A stretch of 63,851 nt of DNA, filler included, from Actinomycetota bacterium (GTDB lineage Bacteria; Actinomycetota; Actinomycetes; JAKEEW01), in assembly GCA_046725875.1 (NCBI GenBank). It is 4 parts of 4 records of this genome, joined end to end, with 100 filler letters (N's around TTAATTAATTAA, not from the genome) between each part and the next. Parts side by side here need not be neighbours in the genome. Positions count along the whole stretch, not along the records: positions 27,570 to 58,338 come from JBKOZJ010000134.1; 3 more parts are not named here. One strand, written 5' to 3'. A program made the position numbers and the translations under genes. The notes beneath the pieces were generated by a model that was given only the letters and a program-made list of their open reading frames with translations, was not told the DNA's origin and did no database searches. This document shows positions 40,018-49,974 of the stretch, piece by piece; within the stretch, counting starts at the first letter, position 1; every line of letters starts with the position of its first letter.

Positions 40018-41130
40018 ATGACTGAGCCGTTGATCACCTCTGGCTTGCACCGTTCGCCGCTCTACAACCGTCACGTTGCGCTCGGCGCGAAGATGGCGAA
40101 CTTCAGCGGCTGGGAGATGCCAATCGAGTATCCCACGGGTGTGATCAAGGAGCATACTGCCGTTCGGGACGCGGTCGGGATTTTCGACGTCTCCCATCTG
40201 GGCAAGGCCGTCGTCCGCGGCGCGGGGGCACGCGACTTCGTCAACGCGGTGCTGACGAACGACCTGGGGCGGATCGAGCCAGGACGGGCCCAGTACACCG
40301 TCTGCTGTGATCACTCGGGGGGCGCGGTCGACGACCTCATCGGCTATCTGCGCGGCGACGACGAGGTGTTCCTCGTACCCAACGCGGCCAACACCGGCGA
40401 GGTCGTCCACCGCATCACCGAGGCGGCGCCGAGCGGGATCACCGTCGAGAACCTCCATGAGTCGTACGGTGTGATCGCCGTCCAGGGACCGCGCAGCGAC
40501 GAGCTTCTCGGGGCGATCGGACTCCCGGTCGGGCATGCGTACATGTCCTTCGTCGACGCGCAATGGCAGGGCCATCCGGTCGTGGTCTGCCGGACTGGAT
40601 ACACCGGGGAGCGCGGTTACGAACTCCTCCCGTCGTGGAGCGACGCGGGGCCGCTGTGGGACGCCCTGCTGGAGGCGGGTCCGCGCCTCGGTGCGCTCCG
40701 GTGCGGGCTCGGCGCTCGCGACACGCTGCGGATCGAGCTGGGATACCCGCTGCACGGACAGGACCTGACCATGAGCATCAGCCCGGTCCAGGCCCGGCTG
40801 GACTGGGCCATCGGGTGGAAGAAGCCTTCGTTCTGGGGCAAGGAGGCGTTGGTCGCGCAGCGCGACCAGGGAACCGTGCCGCTGCTGTGGGGGCTGGAGG
40901 CACTCGACCGCGGCATCCCGCGCCGGGGGATGCGGGTCCTGAACTCGGCGGGCGCGCAGGTCGGCGGGGTCACCTCCGGCACGTTCTCCCCGACCCGGCG
41001 GATCGGCATCGCGCTTGCACTACTCGACCGGTCGATCGACGAGGGTGCCGAAGTTCAGGTCGACGTCCGTGGCCGCGTCTCCCGCTGCCAGGTCGTCAGC
41101 CCCCCGTTCGTCGAACCCTCCACGAAATGA
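40018..41130 (+). CDS. gcvT: glycine cleavage system aminomethyltransferase
   Basis: F.GWEMP, FDVSHLG, RTGYTGE.GYE, GLGARDTLR.E. Confidence 0.96.
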   Translation: MTEPLITSGLHRSPLYNRHVALGAKMANFSGWEMPIEYPTGVIKEHTAVRDAVGIFDVSHLGKAVVRGAGARDFVNAVLTNDLGRIEPGRAQYTVCCDHSGGAVDDLIGYLRGDDEVFLVPNAANTGEVVHRITEAAPSGITVENLHESYGVIAVQGPRSDELLGAIGLPVGHAYMSFVDAQWQGHPVVVCRTGYTGERGYELLPSWSDAGPLWDALLEAGPRLGALRCGLGARDTLRIELGYPLHGQDLTMSISPVQARLDWAIGWKKPSFWGKEALVAQRDQGTVPLLWGLEALDRGIPRRGMRVLNSAGAQVGGVTSGTFSPTRRIGIALALLDRSIDEGAEVQVDVRGRVSRCQVVSPPFVEPSTK

Positions 41131-41450
41131 TCGTTTACGGGCGTGCGCGTCCTGCCGCGAGCTATCCGGCCGTCCTTGCGATCAGATGGGGTGAGCCTAG
41201 GCCGAGGACTGGGCGCAACGCGTCACGTCTATCTCGAGCCGCCATGCATGATCAAGTCTGACTTGCGGATCTGTCATTGTGGCGCTAGGTCGACGAAACC
41301 GGCGGATCTGTCTTACCTGCCATCGCCTTGATCGATTGCCAACTCTGATTCGATCAGTCGGGGTGAGTGCAGGTAGACCGAGCTGATGTGTCTACCTGAC
41401 GGAGTCATGGTCGATCCGCGGCGGCTCAGTTCTCGATGGCCGAACCTCAG

Positions 41451-42299
41451 CTAGGTCGCGAGGGTGAGGAGGGTGACGGTGGTTGCAACCTCCACAAGCG
41501 CGCCCAGGACATCGCCGGTCGTTCCGCCGAAACGGCGGACGCACAGCGAGAGCAGCAGCAGGGCGGCGCCGAGACCGAGGACCACGGCCAGAACCGCCCG
41601 CCACATGTCGAGGCTCGACATCAGGGCGGCGCCCGTGGCGGCAAGGATTACGACGGCCGACGCGAGGGCGAGGCCGGGCAGGCGGACCGTGCCGGCGACC
41701 AGTGCGCCGAGTCCCTCCGGCCGGGCCGCCGGTACGCCGGGCCGGCACGCGAAGGGCAGGGGTAGCCGCCCGGCAGTCGCCGCGAGGGCGAGGGTCACGG
41801 CGCCACGGTCGGCAGCGATCGCCGATGCGAGCGCGCCGACCTGCAGGAGCACGGCAATAACGACCGCAACGACGCCGAACGGACCGATGTCCGAGCGCTT
41901 CATCACATCGAGTGCGGCAGCGGCGGACTTACCGGAGCCGAGCGCGTCGGCCGTGTCGGCGAGCCCGTCCAGGTGCAGGAGGCGGGACAGCAGAGCGAGC
42001 GCGCCGATCCCCATGGTCGCGGCGACAAATGCGTTAAGACCCACCATGTCGCAGGCCCGAACTACAAAGGCGGCCGCGAGACCGAGCCATCCGCCGATAA
42101 CCGGAGCCAGTGCCATCGCGCGGCCGGCCGTCGCGCGGTCCATCCGTACAACGCCCGCCGGCACGACGGTCAGGAGGCCGACGGCGAGTCGGCAGGCAGC
42201 TCCGAACGCCGCGACGCGGCCGGTCGCGTGGTTGGCTCGGGGCGGCGCCACGGAAGGATCCGCGCCGCTGTCGGCATCAGCTGCCGGAGCCGTGGCCAC
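41451..42299 (-). CDS. cobS: adenosylcobinamide-GDP ribazoletransferase
   Basis: LHLDGLADTAD, MKRSDIGPFGV, GGTTGDVLGA; GGAGG SD before GTG. Confidence 0.92.
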   Translation of the reverse strand: MATAPAADADSGADPSVAPPRANHATGRVAAFGAACRLAVGLLTVVPAGVVRMDRATAGRAMALAPVIGGWLGLAAAFVVRACDMVGLNAFVAATMGIGALALLSRLLHLDGLADTADALGSGKSAAAALDVMKRSDIGPFGVVAVVIAVLLQVGALASAIAADRGAVTLALAATAGRLPLPFACRPGVPAARPEGLGALVAGTVRLPGLALASAVVILAATGAALMSSLDMWRAVLAVVLGLGAALLLLSLCVRRFGGTTGDVLGALVEVATTVTLLTLAT

Positions 42300-43347
42300 C
42301 ACCGCCTCCGGCCTCGGTCGCTTCCGCACCGGCTGGCAGCGCCACGGCTGCGCGCAACCCCGGGAGCGCAAGCAGTGCGCCAACTCCGCCACCCACGTTG
42401 GCGCCGAAGCCGGTCGCTCCGGTGAGCGAAAGGCGTTCCAGCGCCCGCTGGTGTGCCGGATCTGCCGTCGACTGTCCAGCGAGCCACCATTCGGGCGACC
42501 GGTATGCGATCCGCTGCGCAACCAGGCCTGCGGCACACGGAGACAGGTCGTCGAGTACGACCGGCGTGCGGCGTACGGAGGCTTGAAGCAGCACGCCTGT
42601 CATCGCGGCGAGGTCGGCGCCGCCGACAACGGCGAGCAGTCGCTGGCGGTCACCGCGTACCGGCCGGGCCCGGCGCATCGCGTCCCTGATCGCTGCGCAC
42701 TTGCGCATCCAGGCACGGTCATCGATGGCCGGACCACCTGATCCGCGGCCGGTCATCGCCGCGGAGTCCGAGGCGGTCAGCACACCGACAAGGGCGGCGG
42801 CCGGTGTCGTCGCGCCGACGCCGATAGACGCGACAAGCAACAGGTCGGTGCCCGAGTCGACCGCGTGGTCAGCGATCTCGGCACCGGCCTGGAATGCGGC
42901 GACGGTCTCGGCGTCGGTCAGGGCGTCCTCGCGGTCGATTCGCCCCGAGCCGCGCCGAACCTTGTACTTCGTCAGCACCGGGTGGTTGAGGTCCGCGTCG
43001 ACGCCTACGTCGACCACATCGACGCTGACGTTGAACTCGACGGCGAGCCGCGCGGTCGGGTCATCACCGCTCGCAATAGCCGGCGCACGGTCAGCGGTGG
43101 CACCGACCGATTGGGCAGATACATCCGCCGCCGCAATTCCATGGTCGGCCGCGAAGACGACCAGCCGCGGCCGCTCGATCGGCCGCGGTGGCCAGCTTGC
43201 CTGCACGCCGGCCAGCCACGTGGCCAGGTCGCCCAGTCGGCCGAGCGTGCCCCCCTGCCGCCGCAACCACTCCTTTGCCGAGGTGCGCGCGGCGTCGTCC
43301 GGCAACTCGACGGCGTCCTCGTAGCTCGTGATGTCTCGTTCGGTCAT
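42277..43347 (-). CDS. cobT: CobT-like nicotinate-nucleotide-DMB phosphoribosyltransferase (divergent)
   Basis: LGRL, VFAADHG, GRGSG, VGGADLAAMTG; lies between cobU and cobS. Confidence 0.85.
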   Translation of the reverse strand: MTERDITSYEDAVELPDDAARTSAKEWLRRQGGTLGRLGDLATWLAGVQASWPPRPIERPRLVVFAADHGIAAADVSAQSVGATADRAPAIASGDDPTARLAVEFNVSVDVVDVGVDADLNHPVLTKYKVRRGSGRIDREDALTDAETVAAFQAGAEIADHAVDSGTDLLLVASIGVGATTPAAALVGVLTASDSAAMTGRGSGGPAIDDRAWMRKCAAIRDAMRRARPVRGDRQRLLAVVGGADLAAMTGVLLQASVRRTPVVLDDLSPCAAGLVAQRIAYRSPEWWLAGQSTADPAHQRALERLSLTGATGFGANVGGGVGALLALPGLRAAVALPAGAEATEAGGGGGHGSGS

Positions 43348-43401
43348 CGCGCCAGCGAGCCTAGTTGTCCGGTTTTGGCTGCGGCGGGCGCGCCGCGCAC
43401 A

Positions 43402-43935
43402 TCACAGGGGCAGGACCCGGCCGGCGACAACGAGGAGCACCTCGTCGGACAGAGCTGCGATGCGCTGATTGAGCCGGCCCATCTCGTCCTGGAACCGGCG
43501 GCCGGATGCGGTTGCCGGCACGACACCCCAGCCGACCTCGTTGCTCACGGCCACAGCGTCCGCCTCGGTAGCCGACCATGCTCCGGCCAGCGCGTCGACC
43601 TCCGTCTCGATGTCCCGTTGGGCGGCACCGGAGGCCCAGCGGGCGTCGTCCCAAGCACTGAGGCGGTCCATGACGCCGGTCAGCCACAGGGTCAGGCAGT
43701 CGACGAGCACGGTTCCGGTTGACCTGCCCAAAACGGCGGCCACATCTGTGGTCTCGACCGTTTGCCAGCTGGTCGGGCGGTGGGCCCGATGTGCTGAGAT
43801 CCGGGCCAGCCACTCCGGGTCGTCGAGTCGCTCGCCACCGGTCGCCACGTACAAGACACCAGGCACGCCGGCGAGCCGGCGCTCGGCCTCGGCCGACTTT
43901 CCCGAGCGCGCTCCGCCGAGTATCAGCGTTCGCAC
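43402..43935 (-). CDS. cobU: adenosylcobinamide kinase/guanylyltransferase
   Basis: LGGARSGKS, H...RP..W, LVDCLTLW, VSNEVG.G. Confidence 0.95.
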   Translation of the reverse strand: MRTLILGGARSGKSAEAERRLAGVPGVLYVATGGERLDDPEWLARISAHRAHRPTSWQTVETTDVAAVLGRSTGTVLVDCLTLWLTGVMDRLSAWDDARWASGAAQRDIETEVDALAGAWSATEADAVAVSNEVGWGVVPATASGRRFQDEMGRLNQRIAALSDEVLLVVAGRVLPL

Positions 43936-44062
43936 CGGCGGTTTCGCACCCCCTAGCTAACGGGCCGCCATCCGGTCCGGTCGGACCTGATAACTCATGG
44001 GCTGTCAGGAGACTAACCTGCGGCTGCGGGAATGCACCCTGGCAGGCCGAAGGGAGAGTGGA

Positions 44063-44272
44063 ATGTCCTGGTCGTGGCGATATGAGGACGGCGACGGCAA
44101 CCTCGTCGCGAAGCCCTCGCTGCCCAGGCACGAATTCCCGACCCAAGCCGACGCCGAGAGCTGGCTGGGCGAGAACTGGCGCGACCTGCTGGACGGTGGT
44201 GTCGACCAGGTCACCCTGCTCGAGGGCGAGTCCGTCGTGTACGGTCCGATGGGGCTCCGCCCGGCGCACTAG
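44063..44272 (+). CDS. small conserved actinobacterial protein
   Basis: MSWSWRYED...FPTQADAESWLGE.W..L...GV..VTL...YGPM.L. Confidence 0.8.
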   Translation: MSWSWRYEDGDGNLVAKPSLPRHEFPTQADAESWLGENWRDLLDGGVDQVTLLEGESVVYGPMGLRPAH

Positions 44273-44289
44273 ACAGCTGGCCGACCGGG

Positions 44290-45282
44290 TCAGGGTCGGG
44301 TGCGCGGGCTCCTGGTGAGGGACGGGTCGCGGACGACGACCGGGTCGAGGATGTCGTCGATCGCCTTCATCAAGTCGGGTTCGAGCTTGACACCACTCGC
44401 CTTGACGTTCTCGGTGACCTGCTCGGGTCTGGTAGCGCCGATGATCGCCGCCGAAACGTCGGAGTTCTGCAGGACCCAGGCGACGGCGAGCTGCGCGAGC
44501 GACAGACCGGCGGTGTCGGCGAGCGGCCGGAGCTGCTGCACCCGAGCAAGCACCTCATCGGTCATGAACCTCGCCATGAAGGAGGCATCGTCGGTGGTGG
44601 CGCGAGAGCCGCCCGGCGGCGGCCGGCCTCGCATGTACTTGCCGGTCAGCACGCCCTGGGCGAGCGGCGACCAGACGATCTGCCCGATCCCGAGCTCCTT
44701 ACTTGCCGGGATGACCTCGGCCTCGATTATCCGCCAGAGCATCGAGTACTGCGGCTGGTTGGACACGAACGGGATCTTCAGCCCGCGCGCGAGGTCGGCG
44801 CCCTCTCTGATCTGCCCGGCCGTCCACTCGGACACGCCGATGTAGAGCGCCTTGCCGGCTCGAACGACGTCGGCGAAGGCCGCCATCGTTTCTTCGAGCG
44901 GGGTGAAGTGGTCGTAGCGGTGGGCTTGGTAGAGGTCGACGTAGTCGGTCTGCAGCCGCCGAAGCGACCCGTCGATGCCCTCCATGATGTGCTTGCGGGA
45001 CAGGCCGCGGTCGTTTTGACCCGGACCGATGTCCCAGTAGATCTTGGTGCAGATCTCCAGGCCCGCCCGCCGCTCGCGCTTGAGCGCCCGCCCGAGCACC
45101 TCCTCGGCCTTCGTCCCGGCGTACACATCCGCCGTGTCGAAGGTCGTGATCCCGGACTCGAGTGCCGCCCGAACACATGCTCTGGCCGCTTCCTCGGCGA
45201 TCTGGGAGGCGTGTGTGAGCCAGTTGCCGTACGCGATCTCGCTGATCATAAGACCGCTGCGGCCGAGGTTCCGGTACTCCAT
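44290..45282 (-). CDS. aldo/keto reductase
   Basis: FDTADVY, SLRRLQTDYVDLYQAH, WSPLAQG.LTGKY. Confidence 0.93.
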   Translation of the reverse strand: MEYRNLGRSGLMISEIAYGNWLTHASQIAEEAARACVRAALESGITTFDTADVYAGTKAEEVLGRALKRERRAGLEICTKIYWDIGPGQNDRGLSRKHIMEGIDGSLRRLQTDYVDLYQAHRYDHFTPLEETMAAFADVVRAGKALYIGVSEWTAGQIREGADLARGLKIPFVSNQPQYSMLWRIIEAEVIPASKELGIGQIVWSPLAQGVLTGKYMRGRPPPGGSRATTDDASFMARFMTDEVLARVQQLRPLADTAGLSLAQLAVAWVLQNSDVSAAIIGATRPEQVTENVKASGVKLEPDLMKAIDDILDPVVVRDPSLTRSPRTRP

Positions 45283-45390
45283 ATGGATCACCCTATTTGC
45301 GGCGGGTTCCAGCGGAGTGCGAGGACGCGAGGCCGGGCGAGAGGCGTAGCTATCCGAGCCCGGGTTGTTCGCCTTTGTCCTGCCGGCGTG

Positions 45391-45972
45391 CTAGATCTTG
45401 GTTCCCGGCCGGACCTGGGGCTTGGGCATGCGCAGCCCACGGAACTGCATGCTCCGGAGGAGGGTGTACGCAACGACGCCTCGGCTGCTCTCGTTCGGGA
45501 ACCGAGTGCGGATCTCCCTCTTGAGCTTCCTGGAAATAAGGAACGAGTCCAGGATGATCACGGCGCACATGGCGACCCAGGCGAAGCCCACGAGATAGAC
45601 AACCGTGGCGTTAGGTATGAAGCCAAGAATCAAGATCGCAATCGCGCCGACGAGGAAGAACTCCGCGGCGGACCGGCGAGAGTCGATGAAGTTGCGCGCG
45701 AACTTGCGGACTGGACCCCTGTCCCGTGCGGGCAGGTAGCGCTCGTCGCCGGTCTCCATCGCCGCGCGGGCCTTTGCCCGCTGTTCCCGGGCGCTCTCGC
45801 GCTGGCGACGCACTGCCTCCTTGCGGTCCTTCGGCGGGGCACCAAGGGGCTGACGCCGACGTTGAGACTCTCGACGCTTGGGGGTCGGCCGGCCCTTCCC
45901 ACTGTCTTTGACCGCGGTCGCAGGCTGCGGGGGCGTGGTCGCCGGCTCGGCCTTAGGTTGGCGTCGGAACAC
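45391..45972 (-). CDS. DUF3043 membrane protein
   Basis: GKGRPTPKR, YLPARDRGP, two TMs, RSMQ...LRMPKP; divergent from pspA. Confidence 0.88.
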   Translation of the reverse strand: MFRRQPKAEPATTPPQPATAVKDSGKGRPTPKRRESQRRRQPLGAPPKDRKEAVRRQRESAREQRAKARAAMETGDERYLPARDRGPVRKFARNFIDSRRSAAEFFLVGAIAILILGFIPNATVVYLVGFAWVAMCAVIILDSFLISRKLKREIRTRFPNESSRGVVAYTLLRSMQFRGLRMPKPQVRPGTKI

Positions 45973-46102
45973 GTCCACCAGGATAGGGGGACGGCACAGC
46001 ATCTCCCGAATTCCTGGCGCCCGACATAGGGTGAGATCACCAACTCGAGAGCCATGAGCGGCCCACGGCCTGGGTCGCTCGCGAAGGGGGCGTACGCCGG
46101 CC

Positions 46103-46840
46103 ATGAGCTTGATGAAGCGGATGGCGCTGATCTTCCGGTCGAAGGCAAACAGGGCCGTGGACCGGCTGGAGGATCCGCGCGAAACCCTCGACTACTCCTA
46201 CCAGCGGCAACTGGAGCTCCTGCAGAAGGTCAGACGTGGAGTGGCCGACGTCGCCACCTCGCGAAAGCGGATCGAGCTGCAGATCACCCAGCTCACGCAG
46301 CAATCCGACAAGCTGGAGGGGCAAGGTCGACAGGCCCTCGCCGCCGGTCGGGAAGATCTCGCCCGAGAGGCCCTGACCCGGCGCTCCGGGCTGCAGCAGC
46401 AGATGACTGATTTGCAGGCTCAGCATGCGAACCTCCAGGCCGAGGAGGAGAAGCTCGTCCTTGCGTCTCAGCGGTTGCAGGCAAAGGTCGACTCGTTCCG
46501 GACGCGCAAGGAAACGATCAAGGCGACCTACACCGCGGCCGAAGCGCAGACGAAGATCAACGAGGCGTTCTCCGGTGTCTCCGAGGAGATGAGCGACGTC
46601 GGCCTAGCGATCCAGCGGGCGGAGGACAAGACCGCTCAGATGCAGGCCAGGGCAGGCGCAATCGACGAGCTGATCAGCTCCGGTGCCCTCGACGACGCGT
46701 CCGGGCTGGCCAAGGACGACATCACGGCCGAGCTGGAGCGGATGTCCAGCCAAAGCGACGTGGAGCTCGAGCTCGCCAAGATGAAGCAGGAACTCGGCGG
46801 GGCAGAGCCGCGCAAGCAGCTCGAGGGGGAGGAGAAATGA
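46103..46840 (+). CDS. pspA: PspA/IM30 family protein
   Basis: EDPRETLDYSY, GREDLAREAL, long coiled coil. Confidence 0.92.
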   Translation: MSLMKRMALIFRSKANRAVDRLEDPRETLDYSYQRQLELLQKVRRGVADVATSRKRIELQITQLTQQSDKLEGQGRQALAAGREDLAREALTRRSGLQQQMTDLQAQHANLQAEEEKLVLASQRLQAKVDSFRTRKETIKATYTAAEAQTKINEAFSGVSEEMSDVGLAIQRAEDKTAQMQARAGAIDELISSGALDDASGLAKDDITAELERMSSQSDVELELAKMKQELGGAEPRKQLEGEEK

Positions 46841-47115
46841 TCGTCCGCATCCTGTCGGAGGGGCAGTACGAGGTCGATGACGATGCCGTAACCGCCCTCA
46901 ACGCGCTGGACGACGACCTGACCAAGGCCATCGACGCGGGCGACGACGACGGCTTTCGTAGCGCGCTTACCTCGCTTGTCGCCATGGTGCGCGAGCTCGG
47001 CAAGCCTGTTCCCGTCGACGCATTGGTACCGAGCGACTTCGTGCTCCCGGCCACCGACGCCCACGTGGACGATGTCCGCGAAATGCTCGGCGACGAGGGG
47101 CTGGTCCCCGGCTGA
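46837..47115 (+). CDS. PspA-associated protein PspAA
   Basis: MIVRILSEGQY...SD.VLP...EGLVPG; ATGA-coupled to pspA. Confidence 0.85.
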   Translation: MIVRILSEGQYEVDDDAVTALNALDDDLTKAIDAGDDDGFRSALTSLVAMVRELGKPVPVDALVPSDFVLPATDAHVDDVREMLGDEGLVPG

Positions 47116-47225
47116 CCACCACACCTAGGCGACCAAGAGGGCGGGCCAGAAAAGCGCAGACCGGCGCCCGCGCTGGACGCTCGTAACCTGGCACCAAACC
47201 GGCCGGGAGTTCGTTAAGGAGAGGC

Positions 47226-48128
47226 GTGGCAGTAGTGCGGATGAAGGCCGACGGCGGACTTGTCCGCCGCATGGTGCTGACGATGTTCCTGCTCGGCCTC
47301 CTCTACGTTGCGTTCGTTGCGGTGCTCCTCGCGCTGCAGGTCAACTGGCTGATCATCCTCGTCGTGGTGGTCGGCGGGTTCCTGTTCCAGTACTTCTACT
47401 CGGACAAGATCGCGCTCTATTCGATGCACGGCCGCGTCGTGAGCCCGGAGGAGGCGCCCGAGCTGCACGCGGTGGTCGACCGATTGTGTGCCCTCACCGA
47501 TGCGCCAAAGCCGCAGGTCGCGATCGCCAACACCGACATCCCGAACGCCTTTGCAACCGGGCGTAACCCGAAGCGTGCCGTGCTTTGTGTCACGACCGGC
47601 CTCCTGCGCCGGCTGGAGCCCACGGAACTGGAAGGCGTGATCTCCCACGAGCTTGCCCACGTGGCACACCGTGACGTCGCGGTCATGACGATAGCGTCGT
47701 TCCTTGGCGTGCTAGCCGGGATGGTCACCCGGATGGCGTTGTACGTCAGGATGGGCGGCCGGGGCCGAGACAACAACGCAGCCGCCGTGTTCTTTGCGAT
47801 CGTGCTCGTGAGCGCGATCGTCTACGCCCTGAGCTTTCTGCTCATCCGGACCTTGTCCCGCTATCGCGAGCTAGCGGCCGACCGGGCCGGCGCGATCGTG
47901 ACTGGGCGCCCGTCCGCGCTGGCGTCGGCGCTGGTGAAGGTGACCGGGGAGATGGGTCGCATCCCGACTAGGGATCTTCGGCAGGCGGAGGCGTTCAACG
48001 CCTTCTTCTTTGCACCGGCGGTCGCCCGCGGCTTCAGCCTCTCGTCGCTGTTCGCGACGCACCCGCCGCTGGAGCGGCGGCTCGAGCAGCTCGGCCAGCT
48101 CGCCGCCGAACTCGGCGCGCCAGCCTAG
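47226..48128 (+). CDS. htpX: zinc metalloprotease HtpX (M48)
   Basis: PNAFATG, HELAH, SRYRELAAD, FATHPP. Confidence 0.93.
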   Translation: MAVVRMKADGGLVRRMVLTMFLLGLLYVAFVAVLLALQVNWLIILVVVVGGFLFQYFYSDKIALYSMHGRVVSPEEAPELHAVVDRLCALTDAPKPQVAIANTDIPNAFATGRNPKRAVLCVTTGLLRRLEPTELEGVISHELAHVAHRDVAVMTIASFLGVLAGMVTRMALYVRMGGRGRDNNAAAVFFAIVLVSAIVYALSFLLIRTLSRYRELAADRAGAIVTGRPSALASALVKVTGEMGRIPTRDLRQAEAFNAFFFAPAVARGFSLSSLFATHPPLERRLEQLGQLAAELGAPA

Positions 48129-48159
48129 GCCGCGCTGTTGTAGTCGTACGGTGTCCGGT

Positions 48160-48729
48160 ATGGGGTTCCTCGACACGCTTCTTGGGCGTACGAAGCCAAA
48201 ACCCGCCAACCTCGACCAGCTCTTCGCAATCCCGTCCGCGGCTGTGACGCTTCAGGTCGCCGCCGGGTTCCGACCGACCGGACTGGGCTCGGTGTGCTTC
48301 AAGGCGGCCGAGGGCGGTGCCTTCGCCCGCACAGAGGCGGACATCAGGGCGCTGCTCGACGCCGACACGAGCCCGCCCGTTGAGATGACGAAGGACGGCT
48401 ACGGATACAGCTGGCTGATCGTGCGTCGCGATCCCGACGACGTTTCCGCCCTCGTCACCGACCTGCACGCCGTCAACGTGTCGCTCGAGGACGCCGGCTT
48501 CGGACCGGCACTGCTCTGCTCGCTGGTGACTTTCAAGAATGCCGAGGGCCAGACGCTCGGGCTCGTCTACCTCTACAAGAGGGGCAGCTTCTACCCGTTC
48601 CTGCCGCTGGCCGGGGAGAAGCGGGACAACGCGCTGGAGCTCCAAATTCGCGGCCAGCTTCAGGACGACCTGCGGATTGAGTCCGACCTGTCCCGGTGGT
48701 TCCCGGTCTGGGGCGCTCCCGGCCTCTAG
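48160..48729 (+). CDS. PspA-associated protein PspAB
   Basis: MGFLDTLLGR...D.YGYSW...LVYLYKRGSFYPF...RDNALEL...RWFPVW. Confidence 0.82.
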   Translation: MGFLDTLLGRTKPKPANLDQLFAIPSAAVTLQVAAGFRPTGLGSVCFKAAEGGAFARTEADIRALLDADTSPPVEMTKDGYGYSWLIVRRDPDDVSALVTDLHAVNVSLEDAGFGPALLCSLVTFKNAEGQTLGLVYLYKRGSFYPFLPLAGEKRDNALELQIRGQLQDDLRIESDLSRWFPVWGAPGL

Positions 48730-48747
48730 CTGCTCGCCCCGCTCTGA

Positions 48748-49974
48748 TCAATCCTTGCCGCCGACGCCTGGCAGCGCGAGCATCCGGTCGAGGGCGACCC
48801 GGGCGTAGTGCGCGGTCTCCTCATCAACCACGATCCGGTTGACCACCTTGCCGTCAACCAGCGACTCCAGCGCCCACACCAGGTGCGGTAGATCGATGCG
48901 ATTCATGGTGGAGCAGAAGCAGACCGTCCGGTCGAGGAAGACGATGGTCTTGTCTGGGTGCCGGTTGGCCAGCCGCCGCACCAAGTTGAGCTCGGTGCCG
49001 ACCGCCCATTTCGAGCCGGCCGGCACTGCCTCGAGGGTCTTGATTATGTACTCGGTGGAACCGACGTAGTCTGCATTGGCGACGACCTCTTCACGGCACT
49101 CGGGGTGAACCAAGATGTTGACCTCTGGGATCCGCTCCCGGACGTCGAGCACCGAATCCAGCGTGAAGCGCCCGTGCACGGAACAATGCCCCCGCCAGAG
49201 GATCATCCGCGCGCTCTGCAACTGCTCCTCGGTCACGCCGCCAGCCGGTTTGTGCGGGTCGAAGAGCACGCAATCCGAGCGATCGAAGCCGAGCTCACGG
49301 ACCGCGGTGTTGCGGCCAAGGTGCTGGTCGGGCAGGAAGAGCACCTGGTCGCCATGCTCGAACGCCCACTCGAGCGCCCGCCTCGCGTTCGAGGACGTGC
49401 AGATGGTTCCGCCATGCCGACCGGTGAACGACTTGATGTCCGCGGAGGAGTTCATGTACGAGACGGGGATCGTACGGTCGGCAACCCCGGCGTCGGTAAG
49501 GACATCCCAAGCGTCCTCGACCTGCTCGAAACGCGCCATGTCAGCCATCGAGCAGCCCGCGGCCAGGTCAGGGAGGATCACCTGCTGGTGGTCAGCGGTC
49601 AGGATGTCGGCCGACTCGGCCATGAAGTGGACGCCGCAGAAGACGATGAACGGGGACTCCGGACGGCCAGCTGCCTGCTGGGCCAGCTTGAACGAGTCAC
49701 CGGTGACGTCGGCGAACTGGATCACCTCATCGCGCTGATAGTGGTGGCCGAGGACGAACGCCTGGGTGCCAAGGCGCGCCCGAGCCGCGGCGGCCCGCCG
49801 GACCAGGCTTGGGTCGCTTGCCGCAGGGAGCCCGCCCGGGCACTCGACGCCTCGCTCGGTCGCGGGCTCGGTATCGCGGCCGAGCAGCAGCAGCGAGACC
49901 GCAGTTGGGTCCGGCTCGACGAACCCGCCCATCGCCCGTCCGCCGCCGGAAGCCGTCTCCGTCGTCGTGGTCAC
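48748..49974 (-). CDS. nadA: quinolinate synthase
   Basis: LGHHYQ, FCGVHFMAE, GCSMA, CTSSNA, GHCSVH, HPEC, CSTM; probable GTG start at 49974. Confidence 0.95.
   Translation of the reverse strand: MTTTTETASGGGRAMGGFVEPDPTAVSLLLLGRDTEPATERGVECPGGLPAASDPSLVRRAAAARARLGTQAFVLGHHYQRDEVIQFADVTGDSFKLAQQAAGRPESPFIVFCGVHFMAESADILTADHQQVILPDLAAGCSMADMARFEQVEDAWDVLTDAGVADRTIPVSYMNSSADIKSFTGRHGGTICTSSNARRALEWAFEHGDQVLFLPDQHLGRNTAVRELGFDRSDCVLFDPHKPAGGVTEEQLQSARMILWRGHCSVHGRFTLDSVLDVRERIPEVNILVHPECREEVVANADYVGSTEYIIKTLEAVPAGSKWAVGTELNLVRRLANRHPDKTIVFLDRTVCFCSTMNRIDLPHLVWALESLVDGKVVNRIVVDEETAHYARVALDRMLALPGVGGKD

Noticed and set aside
41285..41410. Hammerhead ribozyme (GACGAAAC plus CTGATG/CTGACG)
   Set aside because: Neither site gives CUGANGA, and the required stems do not close.
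43940..44060. Cobalamin riboswitch near cobU (GTCAGGAGAC)
   Set aside because: The B12-box-like bases are on the strand opposite cobU, and the 5' conserved core is absent.
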